Source: Patescibacteria group bacterium
GTDB lineage: Bacteria; Patescibacteriota; Saccharimonadia; CAILAD01; JADZBC01
Reading direction: 5' to 3'
Assembly: GCA_052034495.1 (NCBI GenBank)
Contig: JBPOIL010000005.1
Coordinates: forward strand, 24,710-88,709
DNA: 64,000 bases
The first letter of the stretch is position 1. Every line of letters starts with the position of its first letter. A program made the position numbers and the translations under genes. The notes below the pieces were generated by a model. The model was not told the DNA's origin. It made no database searches and saw only the letters and a program-made list of their open reading frames with translations. Below are positions 35,594 to 45,467 of this stretch, in pieces.

Positions 35594-38524
35594 TTATAGG
35601 GATTCGTGCTTGCGGAGGCTAATCGTAACTTCTGCCTCTCCAACCTTGGCTAGCGTACTATGGCCTTCTACGTTTTCGGTCAGCACTGTGGCCAAGGTTT
35701 CTGCCTTGATCACGCCGCTGTGTTCAGTAATCGCCTGCACTATGTCTGTGCTTGTACTTGTAAGGCCGAGCTCTATGCGGTCATCGACATCTAAGCCCGC
35801 TTGCTTACGCGCATTCTGTACGAGACGCACCACATCACGCATAATGCCTTCGCGCTGAAGCTCTGGCGTGACGTTCGTATCGAGTTGAGGCGCGTGGGCT
35901 TCGTCGCTCAATCGGACTTCGACCTGCTTAACATTCACTTCATCACGAATGATATCGCTGTACTGGACGTCAAGCTCGGCTTTTGCGGTCACTACCAGCC
36001 TAGATAATGGTTGGCGGACTTTAATACCCGCTTCAGCTCGCAGGGCTAGGGCCTCCTTAATCGTTTCGCGCACCAAGGCCATATTTGTGATCACCGAAGT
36101 ATCTGTTGTGTCAGCCGCTGGCCAGTCACTCAAGTGAACTGAAGCCGGCATGTCGGTGCCACGAACAAGCTCGCGCCATACATAGTCGCTTACGAACGGT
36201 GCCCAAGGCGCTAAAAGCTGGCAAATACGAATGAGCGCATACCACAGGGTCTCGTAAGCCATCGCCTTGTCACCATCGTCTTCGCTTTTCCAGAACCTTC
36301 TGCGCGAACGTCTGATGTACCAATTACTCATATCATCAATTAGGCTAAATACCGGGGTAATAGCGTGAGCTACCTGGTAGTTGTCTGCCTCCTTAGTCGC
36401 CTCCATAGCTGTTTCGTCAATGCGTGCCAGCATCCATTGGTCGAGTATGTTATCGCTCTGGGGTCGAGTGCCAGCCTGGGCTGGCTTCCAGCCGTCGATG
36501 TCCGCATACATAGTAAAGAAACGCTGTGAGTTAAGGAGTGTTCCGAGCACGTTGCGCTGAATGTCGCGCATGGCGTCCCTGTTGAATCGAATGTACTCGG
36601 CCGTCTCGCTCGCCTGATGGCTTGAGAGCAAGTATAGACGCAAACTATCTGCTCCTTCTTGATTGAATACTTCATCAACTGGCGGATAGTTCTGCAGACG
36701 CTTACTCAACTTTTGACCATCAGCAGCCATAATCATGCCGTTTACGATCACGTTCTTGTAGGCTGGCGCGTCAAACAAAATAGTATTTACGACATGCTGT
36801 ACATAGAACCACAACCGAGTCTGGTCCAGGCCTTCGATTATAAAGTCGGCTGGGAAGGCACTATCAAAAGACTCTTTGTTCTCGAACGGATAGTGGTGCT
36901 GGGCGAGGCTCATAGTACCTGATTCAAACCAGCAGTCCAAAACCTCTTCGACTCGTTTATAAGTCTTGCCGTCGCGCTCAATCACAACGTTATCAATGAT
37001 CGGCCGGTGCACGTCGCTCGTGTCCAATTCGCTATTGCCTGTTAGTTTGCGTAGTTCATCGTAGCTCTCCACTACAATATAGTCATTTTCGTCAGCAACG
37101 TTCACCCATATCGGCATTGGCGCGCCCCAGTACCGATTGCGAGAAATTGCCCAGTCCCGAGCTCCCTCTATCCATTGGCCAAAGCGGCCTGATTTAATGT
37201 GAGCTGGCGTCCAATTGATTTCCTCGGCCGTCTTCATAAGCTGATCGCGAATACTTGAAACCCGAATGAACCAACTTGAGATCGCGTAATACATAAGCGG
37301 AGTTTCACAGCGCCAGCAGAATGGATAGGTATGCTCTTTGGTCTCAGCCAAATATACCAAACCTTTTTCAGTAAGGTTTTCGATGATTATCTTGTCAGCA
37401 CCCTTAAAGAACTTTCCTGTTGCCTCCGGAACACCGGCCTGCTCCGTCACCTTGCCGCTCGCATCAATAGTTTGCAAAACCGGAATGCTCTCTTGCAAGC
37501 CAAGGGTGAGGTCGTCTTCGCCGAAGGCTGGTGCCACGTGCAGTACACCAGTACCGTCCTCAATGCTTACAAAATCTGCGGGCCAAATCTTGTATAAATT
37601 GTCGGAGCCCTCCAGGCCGTCTCGCCCACTTACCTCGAAGACTGGAAGATAGCTTTTGCCAACCAAATCTTGTCCACTCACTTCTTTGATAACCGTATAG
37701 TTATCGTGGCCCAACGCTTCAAGTCGCTTCTTGGCCAATACAACTACTTTGCCCGCCGCTGGCTCATCAGTAAGCTCCACATATACGTACTGTTCAGCGG
37801 GGTTAACAGCGATCGCGGCATTGCCAGGCAAACTCCATGGCGTGGTCGTCCAGCCAAGCATATAAGCCTCTTCGCTTGCTAGCCTAAACATAACGTACAG
37901 GCTTGGATCTGGCACATTGTCTTTATAGCCATCGTTCACTTCGAAGTTGGAAAGTGGCGTCTCGCAACGCGGGCAATACGGCGTGCTCTTGTAGCCTTTA
38001 TAGAGCAGGCCTTTTTTATGCACTTGAGCCAAAGCCCACCAAACACTCTCAGTATAGTTACTGTCCACCGTAGCGTAGTAATTGTCGTACTCACTCCAGC
38101 GGCCAAGCCTTTTAAGCAGGCTCTCCCACTCGCCCTTGTACTTAAAGACCGAATCATTACAGGCAGCATTGAACTTTTCGATACCCAACTCGAGAATCTG
38201 CTTTTTGCCGCTGACGCCAAATTCCTTTTCGATAGCAAACTCGACCGGCAGGCCATGACAGTCCCAGCCATTGCGCCGCGGTACATAATACCCCTGCATT
38301 GTCTTATAGCGCAGCATGGAGTCTTTAATGCTTGTCACCAACGAGTGCCCAAAGTGCGGCAAACCATTTGCAAACGGCGGGCCATCGTAAAAGCTGTATG
38401 TTGGCCCTCCCTCACGCTGAGCCAAAGACTGCTCGAACGTACCTTCTTTTAACCATAACTCTAAAACTTGTTCTTCTATTTTTGCTTGTTGGGATTTTTC
38501 GGGCTGTTGTGGCTGGCTAGTCAT
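35594..38524 (-). CDS. ileS: Isoleucyl-tRNA synthetase, type 2.
   Basis: The HIGH region PPFANGLPHFGH, the KMSKS region GQKLSKRL, the CP1 editing domain and the anticodon-binding domain are present. The start at 38524 has the RBS aagaggag. The ORF in the track extends to 38575. Confidence 0.9.
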   Translation of the reverse strand: MTSQPQQPEKSQQAKIEEQVLELWLKEGTFEQSLAQREGGPTYSFYDGPPFANGLPHFGHSLVTSIKDSMLRYKTMQGYYVPRRNGWDCHGLPVEFAIEKEFGVSGKKQILELGIEKFNAACNDSVFKYKGEWESLLKRLGRWSEYDNYYATVDSNYTESVWWALAQVHKKGLLYKGYKSTPYCPRCETPLSNFEVNDGYKDNVPDPSLYVMFRLASEEAYMLGWTTTPWSLPGNAAIAVNPAEQYVYVELTDEPAAGKVVVLAKKRLEALGHDNYTVIKEVSGQDLVGKSYLPVFEVSGRDGLEGSDNLYKIWPADFVSIEDGTGVLHVAPAFGEDDLTLGLQESIPVLQTIDASGKVTEQAGVPEATGKFFKGADKIIIENLTEKGLVYLAETKEHTYPFCWRCETPLMYYAISSWFIRVSSIRDQLMKTAEEINWTPAHIKSGRFGQWIEGARDWAISRNRYWGAPMPIWVNVADENDYIVVESYDELRKLTGNSELDTSDVHRPIIDNVVIERDGKTYKRVEEVLDCWFESGTMSLAQHHYPFENKESFDSAFPADFIIEGLDQTRLWFYVQHVVNTILFDAPAYKNVIVNGMIMAADGQKLSKRLQNYPPVDEVFNQEGADSLRLYLLSSHQASETAEYIRFNRDAMRDIQRNVLGTLLNSQRFFTMYADIDGWKPAQAGTRPQSDNILDQWMLARIDETAMEATKEADNYQVAHAITPVFSLIDDMSNWYIRRSRRRFWKSEDDGDKAMAYETLWYALIRICQLLAPWAPFVSDYVWRELVRGTDMPASVHLSDWPAADTTDTSVITNMALVRETIKEALALRAEAGIKVRQPLSRLVVTAKAELDVQYSDIIRDEVNVKQVEVRLSDEAHAPQLDTNVTPELQREGIMRDVVRLVQNARKQAGLDVDDRIELGLTSTSTDIVQAITEHSGVIKAETLATVLTENVEGHSTLAKVGEAEVTISLRKHESL

Positions 38525-38760
38525 TGATGCTCCTCTTTTTACGCAAATACCTCTCTTGGCTACTGGAATCCGCATTTATGCGGACGGTACCATCCAGTTT
38601 CCAAGAGAGGCATCTCTATGGCGCTTAATTACAGCTTACGGGCTGATTATCCGGCAGATTCTACTAGGCTGGGCCGTTCTTTCTGCTGCTTCGTGGTTGA
38701 TGGCCACTCATTTGCCCTGCTGAAAAATCAGATCGAGCAAAGTGCATCTTAAGGCTAATA
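38525..38760 (-). promoter_or_regulatory. Candidate T-box riboswitch leader for ileS.
   Basis: On the minus strand there is a T-box-like core, GGAUGGUACCGUCC, whose UGGU fits a tRNA with the 3' end ACCA. It is flanked by a 10-bp helix, cctctcttgg/ccaagagagg, which gives an antiterminator-like geometry. A candidate specifier AUC-A lies upstream, and an SD, aagaggag, lies downstream. There is no U-tract, so a translational mechanism is possible. Confidence 0.45.
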
Positions 38761-38838
38761 ATACCATGTTGCTGGCAACTAGGCAATGCATCTAGGAGAT
38801 TAGCATAAGCTTTACGTGACGCCCGCCTTACAGCTACA

Positions 38839-40389
38839 ATGGTAACAATGAAACGCGACGCGACCACCTATAAAAAGACCAAGATCATTGCCACTATCGG
38901 CCCGGCAAGCGAGCCCCACATTGAATCGCTCCTGCGCTCAGGGGTAAACGGCGTTCGGCTCAACTTCTCGCATGGTGATTACGCCACTCACAAAAAGAAC
39001 CTTACCATCGCACGCAAAGCATCACGTGATCTTGAGCGCGGGCTGGCTATTATTCAGGACCTGTCCGGACCCAAAATACGCCTAGGTGAGCTGCCGGAAG
39101 GCGGCATTAAGATCGGCCGTGGAGACATGATTGGTATTAGCTATAGCGATGATTATGATTCTGAGCTTGGGATACTGCCCTCGCAGTACGACTTTGCAAA
39201 TGATGTATCCACCGGTGAGCATATTTTTCTTCGTGACGGGCAGATCAAGCTCGTTGTAAAGTCGGTGCGAGGTGGCATTGTAACAGCTAAGGCCCTAAAT
39301 GGCGGGGCGGTTATGAGTCATCACGGCATCAATCTGCCCGATACGAAATTCAAACGCTCCGTAATCACTCCCAAGGACCGCGAGGACATTGCTTTTGCCA
39401 TACACGAAGACGTAGATTATGTTGCGCTTTCCTTCATTCAATCCGCCAGTACCATTAAAGAACTTCGCAGACTGCTTAAGCCTGCGCTGCAACCAGTCCA
39501 TATTATTGCGAAGATTGAAACAAAGGCGGCCATAGAGAATATCGAAGAGATCATAGAGGCAGCTGATGCCGTCATGATCGCTCGTGGTGATTTGGGGGTT
39601 GAAATTGGCGCCGAAAACGTACCAATTGTCGGTCGACGTATTATTGAGCTGGCGCGGGCAGCACGTAAGCCGGTCATAATGGCCACGCAGATGCTCGAAA
39701 GTATGATGACCTCTACTCAACCCTCCCGGGCAGAGGCTAATGACGTCTCGACGGCAGTACTCCTGGGTGTAGACTGTGTAATGCTATCTGGGGAAACAGC
39801 AATCGGCAAGTTTCCGGTTGAAACCGTGCAAATGATGAAGCGCATTATTCTGAAGGCGGAACAATACGCCACTTCGGGGACAATTAACCTTAACTTTACG
39901 TCCTCGGATACAGGTGCTGCAGAAATAAGCACACCAATCTCGAGCAAGCCGAACTTACAAAAAATCCACGACACGACGCGCATTGTCTTTGAACAGCACC
40001 AAATCGAATCAAACCGAAAGGCAAATGATGGAGACAGAATTGCCGCTAGCGTATCACTCGCCGCCATCACCCTCGCCGAGCAAATCCCTGCCAAGCTAAT
40101 CGTGGCTGAAACCCTTACCGGGCACACTGCCTACAGTATATCGAGCTTACGACCAAGTGCCCCAATTATTATGGCAAGCCCCGACAGGCATGTCTGCAAT
40201 AAACTATCCATAGTCTGGGGAGGCAAGCCAACCCTCGTTCCTAAGCAGCAGGCGATTAGCGAATTAATTCTTGATGAATATAAGAAGCGCGGCAGTATAC
40301 GCAAAGGCGACTATGTTGTAAGTGCTTTTGGTAAGCATCATAGCGTGGCCGGAGGGACCGATACGGTTCGAATTCTAAAAGTTGAATAA
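38839..40389 (+). CDS. pyk: Pyruvate kinase with a C-terminal PEP-utilizer-like extension.
   Basis: KIIATIGP and the K+/Mg-binding region NFSHG are present, with the motif MIARGDLGVEI and a length of 516 aa. Confidence 0.9.
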   Translation: MVTMKRDATTYKKTKIIATIGPASEPHIESLLRSGVNGVRLNFSHGDYATHKKNLTIARKASRDLERGLAIIQDLSGPKIRLGELPEGGIKIGRGDMIGISYSDDYDSELGILPSQYDFANDVSTGEHIFLRDGQIKLVVKSVRGGIVTAKALNGGAVMSHHGINLPDTKFKRSVITPKDREDIAFAIHEDVDYVALSFIQSASTIKELRRLLKPALQPVHIIAKIETKAAIENIEEIIEAADAVMIARGDLGVEIGAENVPIVGRRIIELARAARKPVIMATQMLESMMTSTQPSRAEANDVSTAVLLGVDCVMLSGETAIGKFPVETVQMMKRIILKAEQYATSGTINLNFTSSDTGAAEISTPISSKPNLQKIHDTTRIVFEQHQIESNRKANDGDRIAASVSLAAITLAEQIPAKLIVAETLTGHTAYSISSLRPSAPIIMASPDRHVCNKLSIVWGGKPTLVPKQQAISELILDEYKKRGSIRKGDYVVSAFGKHHSVAGGTDTVRILKVE

Positions 40390-40437
40390 AGAATCCTTAA
40401 TGAACACTTGCTTTGTTCATTTTAATCAATTATCAGC

Positions 40438-40668
40438 TTAGGAAAGCGGGCTATAGGCGTGCAAAAGTTCGCCGCGAGACGGGATTTTGCCCTGCCAAAT
40501 CTCTACGAGGGAACCGTCCCCCTGCGCGACTATAACCGCGGGGTACGTAGTGGCGGCATAAAGTCTAGCCAAGTCCTGCCCACCCCTGGTATCAACATCA
40601 ACTACCTCGGGGCTAAATTCGGCCAGATCTTCGGGCTTACTGCCCCTATATAAAAGGATAATTCTCAT
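40438..40668 (-). CDS. NrdH/glutaredoxin-like small protein that lacks the CxxC motif.
   Basis: It aligns with NrdH over its whole length (IILLY...VDVD...YPAVIV.DGSLVE.WQG), but the redox-active CxxC position reads SKPE. Confidence 0.5.
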   Translation of the reverse strand: MRIILLYRGSKPEDLAEFSPEVVDVDTRGGQDLARLYAATTYPAVIVAQGDGSLVEIWQGKIPSRGELLHAYSPLS

Positions 40669-40694
40669 GCTTTGAGTATAGCATGGAGCCGGGC

Positions 40695-41165
40695 TTAATC
40701 GACCTTCTTTTTGGCCTCGCTTTTAAGCCTATTGAGCTCTGCCTCGAAGCTCTTAATGTCCGCGAAGCTACGGTAGACACTGGCGAAACGCACATAGGCG
40801 ACGTCATCGCTTTCGCGCAACTTGTCCATGACCAGCTCTCCGATCTTACTACTCGCGATCTCATGGTCCCCGGTAGACTTAAGCTCTTGTTCTACAGCGG
40901 TAATAATACCCTCAATTTGATCTGCGGATACAGGACGCTTCTGGAAGGCGCTATAAACACCGCTCGCAAGCTTGGTGCGATCAAACAACTCGCGCTCGCC
41001 ACCCTTTTTTATGATCATTAAGTGAGCGGCCTCAATGCGTTCATACGTTGTGAACCTGTGTTGGCAGCTCAAACATTCTCGACGACGACGAATTACGTTG
41101 TCCTGCTCAACCTCGCGCGATTCGAGCACTCTACTATCTTGGGACCTGCAACGTGGGCACTTCAT
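40695..41165 (-). CDS. nrdR: Transcriptional repressor NrdR.
   Basis: The zinc ribbon MKCPRCRS...CLSCQHRFTTYE is followed by an ATP-cone. Confidence 0.9.
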   Translation of the reverse strand: MKCPRCRSQDSRVLESREVEQDNVIRRRRECLSCQHRFTTYERIEAAHLMIIKKGGERELFDRTKLASGVYSAFQKRPVSADQIEGIITAVEQELKSTGDHEIASSKIGELVMDKLRESDDVAYVRFASVYRSFADIKSFEAELNRLKSEAKKKVD

Positions 41166-41186
41166 TATCTTAACCCTCCGACGAAA

Positions 41187-42587
41187 CTACATTTTTTTCT
41201 TTACGAAACTCGGGATATCATCATCCGTATCTTGCTCTAGCTGTACCCCTTGACGCAAGTAAGCTGGCTTATCCAGGTCATCTTCATCGCCACTGAAACC
41301 AACTGCGCGCTCAATAATGGGTTGTGCTGGTACTGCTGGCTGAGACGGCTCAACGACAGACTCTGGCTCCATTGGCTCCTCTAGGTCGAATCCGGCAATA
41401 GGATCATCCATAATTGTTCGGGGAGCTTCTGGCTCAGCCTTAACCAACGGCTCAAGATCGTCTGATTGGAAAACCGGACGTGGCTGCTCGCGAATGTAGG
41501 GTATCTCCTCTGGCTCGGGCGCAGTGTAGACCTCTTCAGCGGCGTGAACTGGCTGATTGTAGTTTGGTTGAGTACTAATGTTCTGGCTGTTACCAAAGCC
41601 GGTAAAGCCCGTGGCGTGTGATGCTGGCGAGCGAGTTGCATCAAATCCGGTAGCGACCAGAGTAACCTTGATTTCCCCTGTGGTGTTTTCATCTAGTACC
41701 GTACCCCAAATGATATTGGCTTCTGGGTCTACTGAATCATGGATGAGCTTGGCGGCCTCTTCAATCTCATGCATCCCCATATCACGACCACCGGTGAAGT
41801 TAATAAGTACGCCCTTGGCTCCCTGTATAGAGACTTCGAGTAGTGGCGAGTCCATAGCCTGCTTAACGGCTTCCACCGCCCTGTTGTCTCCTGAGCCGTG
41901 GCCAATCCCCATTAAGGCACTGCCGGCGTTGCTCATAATTGATTTAACGTCAGCGAAGTCTAGATTCACGAGACCGTTCACCGTAATGAGGTCGGAAATG
42001 CCTTGGACACCTTGCCGGAGCACGTTGTCTACGGCTCCAAAAGCATCAAGAAGTGACGTTTTACGGTCAATAATCTGTAGGATGCGGTCATTCGGAATAA
42101 TAATGAGGGTATCAACCTTATCCCGTAGCTCCTCGATTGCAGCTTCGGCAATTTTACGGCGTCTGTCGCCCTCGAATGCAAAAGGCTTCGTCATGATGGC
42201 TACGGTAAGTGCGCCAATCTCTCGAGCAATTCGAGCGATCACTGGTGCTGCGCCGCTAGCAGTACCGCCGCCACATCCGCCGGTAATAAACACCATCTCG
42301 CTACCCTTCAGAGACTCAAAGATGTCTTCTTCACTCTCTTCGGCAGCGATCTTCCCTACTTCAGGGTTAGCGCCTGCGCCGAGGCCGCGAGTAGCTTCTT
42401 TGCCGATGTGTACCTTCTTAGCTGCCTGAGAATAGTGAAGAGCCTGAGCATCGGTATTAACTGCTACAAAATCGATGCCACGAATGCTTGATTGAATCAT
42501 TCGGTTGAGTGCGTTGTTGCCACCGCCACCCACACCAACTACCTTGATGCGTGCGAACGTTTCAATTTCGGGGCGAATTTCTGCCAT
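41187..42587 (-). CDS. ftsZ: Cell division protein FtsZ with a long acidic C-terminal extension.
   Basis: GVGGGGNNA and the tubulin signature GGGTASGAAPVIA are present. Confidence 0.92.
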   Translation of the reverse strand: MAEIRPEIETFARIKVVGVGGGGNNALNRMIQSSIRGIDFVAVNTDAQALHYSQAAKKVHIGKEATRGLGAGANPEVGKIAAEESEEDIFESLKGSEMVFITGGCGGGTASGAAPVIARIAREIGALTVAIMTKPFAFEGDRRRKIAEAAIEELRDKVDTLIIIPNDRILQIIDRKTSLLDAFGAVDNVLRQGVQGISDLITVNGLVNLDFADVKSIMSNAGSALMGIGHGSGDNRAVEAVKQAMDSPLLEVSIQGAKGVLINFTGGRDMGMHEIEEAAKLIHDSVDPEANIIWGTVLDENTTGEIKVTLVATGFDATRSPASHATGFTGFGNSQNISTQPNYNQPVHAAEEVYTAPEPEEIPYIREQPRPVFQSDDLEPLVKAEPEAPRTIMDDPIAGFDLEEPMEPESVVEPSQPAVPAQPIIERAVGFSGDEDDLDKPAYLRQGVQLEQDTDDDIPSFVKKKM

Positions 42588-42809
42588 GCTGTTTGTGACT
42601 CCTTTATATAATTGCGTCGATTACTCTTAGGGAGTAATCTAGGCTTTCCCAACCTAGTGGGAGTCCTTGCCACACACATACCGCTACTCAACCGGTATAG
42701 CCAGAAGTATAACCAAATTGCGCAAGTAATGCAAATATTTTACTCGGAATTATCAGCACAAATGCTTGTTATAAATTATGTGTTCACTCACCGAAAGAAT
42801 GTATACAGC

Positions 42810-42841
42810 AAAAGAGCCCCGGGCTTCGGGGCTCTTTTTTA
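42810..42841. terminator. Intrinsic terminator, gagccccgg-gct-tcggggctc, followed by TTTTTT. It lies between ftsA and ftsZ.
   Basis: A 9-bp stem (one G-U pair), an A-run before and a 6-T run after. It is located in the 276-bp gap between the ftsA and ftsZ genes. Confidence 0.7.
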
Positions 42842-42863
42842 AACCGAATCACAATAAATTCCG

Positions 42864-44096
42864 CTAAGGGAGAAAATTCTTGAAGACGCCTTTTATTTGA
42901 GACACGACGTTGCTAATAGCGGAATTGATGCCTCCATGGCCTGTTGGGGCATGATGCATGTCCTCGAGCATGAGCCCGACTGCTGCTGCATAGGCAGGGT
43001 CTTTCACTTTATCGCTTATACCGCCGAAACCGCGAGGAGATGCTACGGTTGTGTTGAGCTTAAGGACATCCTGAGCTAGCTTATCTATACCTGGAAGTTT
43101 CGCTCCACCACCAGTTAGCACTGCGCCGCCAGCCAGCATAGAGTCTTTACCGGCTTTCCTGAGCTCTGTTGCTACCATGCCGAGGATTTCTTCACATCTG
43201 GAATTAACAATCTTATCAACTTCACTCTGGCTAACCACTCCGTTGCCGCCAAAGTCCACCAAATCGATTTTTTCGTTTGGTCGGCCTTTTTCCTTGATAG
43301 CACTAGCTTTGGCTAGTTTAAGCTTCTCGGCCACATCTATATTAGTACGCAGACCATATACCAAGTCCTTTGTTATATGATTTGAGCCGACAGGCAGGAT
43401 AGTAGTAAAGGCGATGCTACCTTCTTCGAATACAACGATGCCAGTGGTTTCGGCGCCGATATCTAGCAGAACTACGCCAAGCTCGAACTGACGCTTTGTC
43501 AGAACTGCCCGTGCCGCTGCCAATGGGACAAGGAGTTGGTCATCAATGGTAATCCCTGCTCGGAAAACCGCATTCGTAAGGTTCTTCATGGCCGGAGAAG
43601 CAGCGGTGATGATATGGGTGTCGATCTCGAGTCGAACGCCGTTCATACCTACTGGATCTGTTACATTCGTTTGACCATCGACCGTATAGCTCTTTGGAAT
43701 AACCTGCAAGATCTGACGGTTGCTGTCCATCTGGATGGCTGCTGCGGCTTCTTCGACTCGAACTAGATCCTCACGAGAAATCTCATGATCCGCCCTACTC
43801 ACCGCGATTACGCCACGCGAGTTCAGGCTTTGGACGTGAGCGCCATCTACGCTAATCGTAGCGTGCTCTATCGTAACGCCACTCATGCGCTCAGCCTCTT
43901 CTAGGGCTGCGGTAATGGAAGCTACCGTTTCCTCTACATCAGACACCGTACCGCGCCTGAGGCCCGTAGTTGGGGACACGCCAAGCCCAATAATACTCGG
44001 CTCGGCCATATCTTCCTGATGTAAACCAACTACACAAGCAACTTTGCTTGTGCCGATGTCTAATCCTACAAATGTTGATTCGTTTTTTGCCGCCAT
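42864..44096 (-). CDS. ftsA: Cell division protein FtsA.
   Basis: The actin-fold N-terminus reads VGLDIGTSKV, and the order of the FtsA domains matches. Confidence 0.9.
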   Translation of the reverse strand: MAAKNESTFVGLDIGTSKVACVVGLHQEDMAEPSIIGLGVSPTTGLRRGTVSDVEETVASITAALEEAERMSGVTIEHATISVDGAHVQSLNSRGVIAVSRADHEISREDLVRVEEAAAAIQMDSNRQILQVIPKSYTVDGQTNVTDPVGMNGVRLEIDTHIITAASPAMKNLTNAVFRAGITIDDQLLVPLAAARAVLTKRQFELGVVLLDIGAETTGIVVFEEGSIAFTTILPVGSNHITKDLVYGLRTNIDVAEKLKLAKASAIKEKGRPNEKIDLVDFGGNGVVSQSEVDKIVNSRCEEILGMVATELRKAGKDSMLAGGAVLTGGGAKLPGIDKLAQDVLKLNTTVASPRGFGGISDKVKDPAYAAAVGLMLEDMHHAPTGHGGINSAISNVVSQIKGVFKNFLP

Positions 44097-44164
44097 AACC
44101 CTGCCTTAATGTATCTCATTATATACATGCACACCCTGGTTGCGCAAACTATTGGTGCAATTAC

Positions 44165-44917
44165 CTATGGTAGCGTTAGTATTTCGGCGCCAGACTCAGT
44201 AATTAAAATTGTGTGCTCACTCTGGGCCGCTAGTGAGCCGTCGTCAGTGATGCATGTCCAGCCATCATCGGCCATTACGAGGTCCTCGGTGCCAATCGAC
44301 GCAATTGGCTCTAATGCGATTGTCATGCCAGCCTTAAGTGTCTGCCCGGTGCCAGCCACCCCGTCATTCCCAATCCAAGGATCCTCGTGCAGCCTATGGC
44401 CAACGCCGTGCCCGCCGAGGGTCTGCAGCACATAGAAGCCATGCTTTTGGATGGTAGAGCCAATAACCGCGCCAATGTCTCCTACACGAACACCGTCATG
44501 GAGACTGTTTATTGCCCTGCTAAGGGCCTCCTCTGTAGCTTTTATAAGCTTTTCGGCCTTTGGGTTTGTGCTAGAGCCAAGAATAAAGCTGATAGCGCTA
44601 TCGGTAATCATCCCCTCGTGCTTGACGCCAAAATCAAACTTAACCAAGTCTCCGTCATGCAAAACCCTGTCTCCTGGTAGGCCGTGAACAATCTCTTCGT
44701 TAACTGAAATACATATTGAGGCAGGAAAACTATCAAAGCCAAGGAAGGCCGGCTCCACTCCTTGCTCTGCCAGCAGTTCGCGAGCAAGCACATCAATCTG
44801 CTGCGTTTTCATCCCAGGTATCGTCTTTGCCTTGAGCGCCTGCAGGGTTTGGCCTAATATCTTTCCGCCATATCGCATAGCTTCAATTTCTGCCGCTGTC
44901 TTAACTTGTGTCTTCAT
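44165..44917 (-). CDS. map: Methionine aminopeptidase, type I.
   Basis: Metal ligands of the pita-bread fold are present (D..D..H..E..E), and the N-terminus reads KTAAEIEAMR. Confidence 0.9.
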   Translation of the reverse strand: MKTQVKTAAEIEAMRYGGKILGQTLQALKAKTIPGMKTQQIDVLARELLAEQGVEPAFLGFDSFPASICISVNEEIVHGLPGDRVLHDGDLVKFDFGVKHEGMITDSAISFILGSSTNPKAEKLIKATEEALSRAINSLHDGVRVGDIGAVIGSTIQKHGFYVLQTLGGHGVGHRLHEDPWIGNDGVAGTGQTLKAGMTIALEPIASIGTEDLVMADDGWTCITDDGSLAAQSEHTILITESGAEILTLP

Positions 44918-44918
44918 C

Positions 44919-45467
44919 TTATTGTTCCTTTATTTTGCGTTGTAATTCGGACTGAATAATATTAGGGCTAGGCTCGCCATCAATCTCTACCAAGCGATCG
45001 CTGCTGCGGTAGTAATCCAATACAGGTTCGGTTTGGTCTGCAAACACGTGAAGGCGGTTACGGATTATTGACTCGGTATCATCTCCTCGGCCACGCTGCA
45101 AAAGTCGCTTGAGGGCCGAATCCTGGCTTATTTTTAAGTAATATACGTGCAAATTCTGGGCTTCGCTTTTGCCTAATTGATTATCTAGCCACTGGGCCTG
45201 CTCTACTCGTCGCGGAAAGCCATCGAAGAGGATGTCAGATTGAGTAGGTATCTCTTGGAGCTTTTTAGCCAGTTTCGTATTGATGATGTCGTCATCCACC
45301 AAGCCACCTTTTTGCAATACTTGTGCAATATCTGTGTTCGTTTTAGCTAGCTCGCGTGCGATGTCCCCGGTCTTAACTATTACTGCCCCCAAGGCTTTGG
45401 CGAGCATATCGCATTGTGTGTCTTTACCGGCACCCGGCATACCTAGAACGATAATGTATCGCCTCAT
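44919..45467 (-). CDS. adk: Adenylate kinase, a short form without a zinc lid.
   Basis: The P-loop GMPGAGKDTQ is present. The start MRRYIIV at 45467 forms an ATGA overlap with the dgkA stop. The ORF in the track extends to 45710 through dgkA. Confidence 0.85.
   Translation of the reverse strand: MRRYIIVLGMPGAGKDTQCDMLAKALGAVIVKTGDIARELAKTNTDIAQVLQKGGLVDDDIINTKLAKKLQEIPTQSDILFDGFPRRVEQAQWLDNQLGKSEAQNLHVYYLKISQDSALKRLLQRGRGDDTESIIRNRLHVFADQTEPVLDYYRSSDRLVEIDGEPSPNIIQSELQRKIKEQ

Noticed and set aside
42612-42842. A 76-aa plus-strand ORF in the ftsA-ftsZ spacer.
   Set aside because: It lies antisense within the ftsZ promoter and leader region, has no RBS, and runs into the terminator hairpin.
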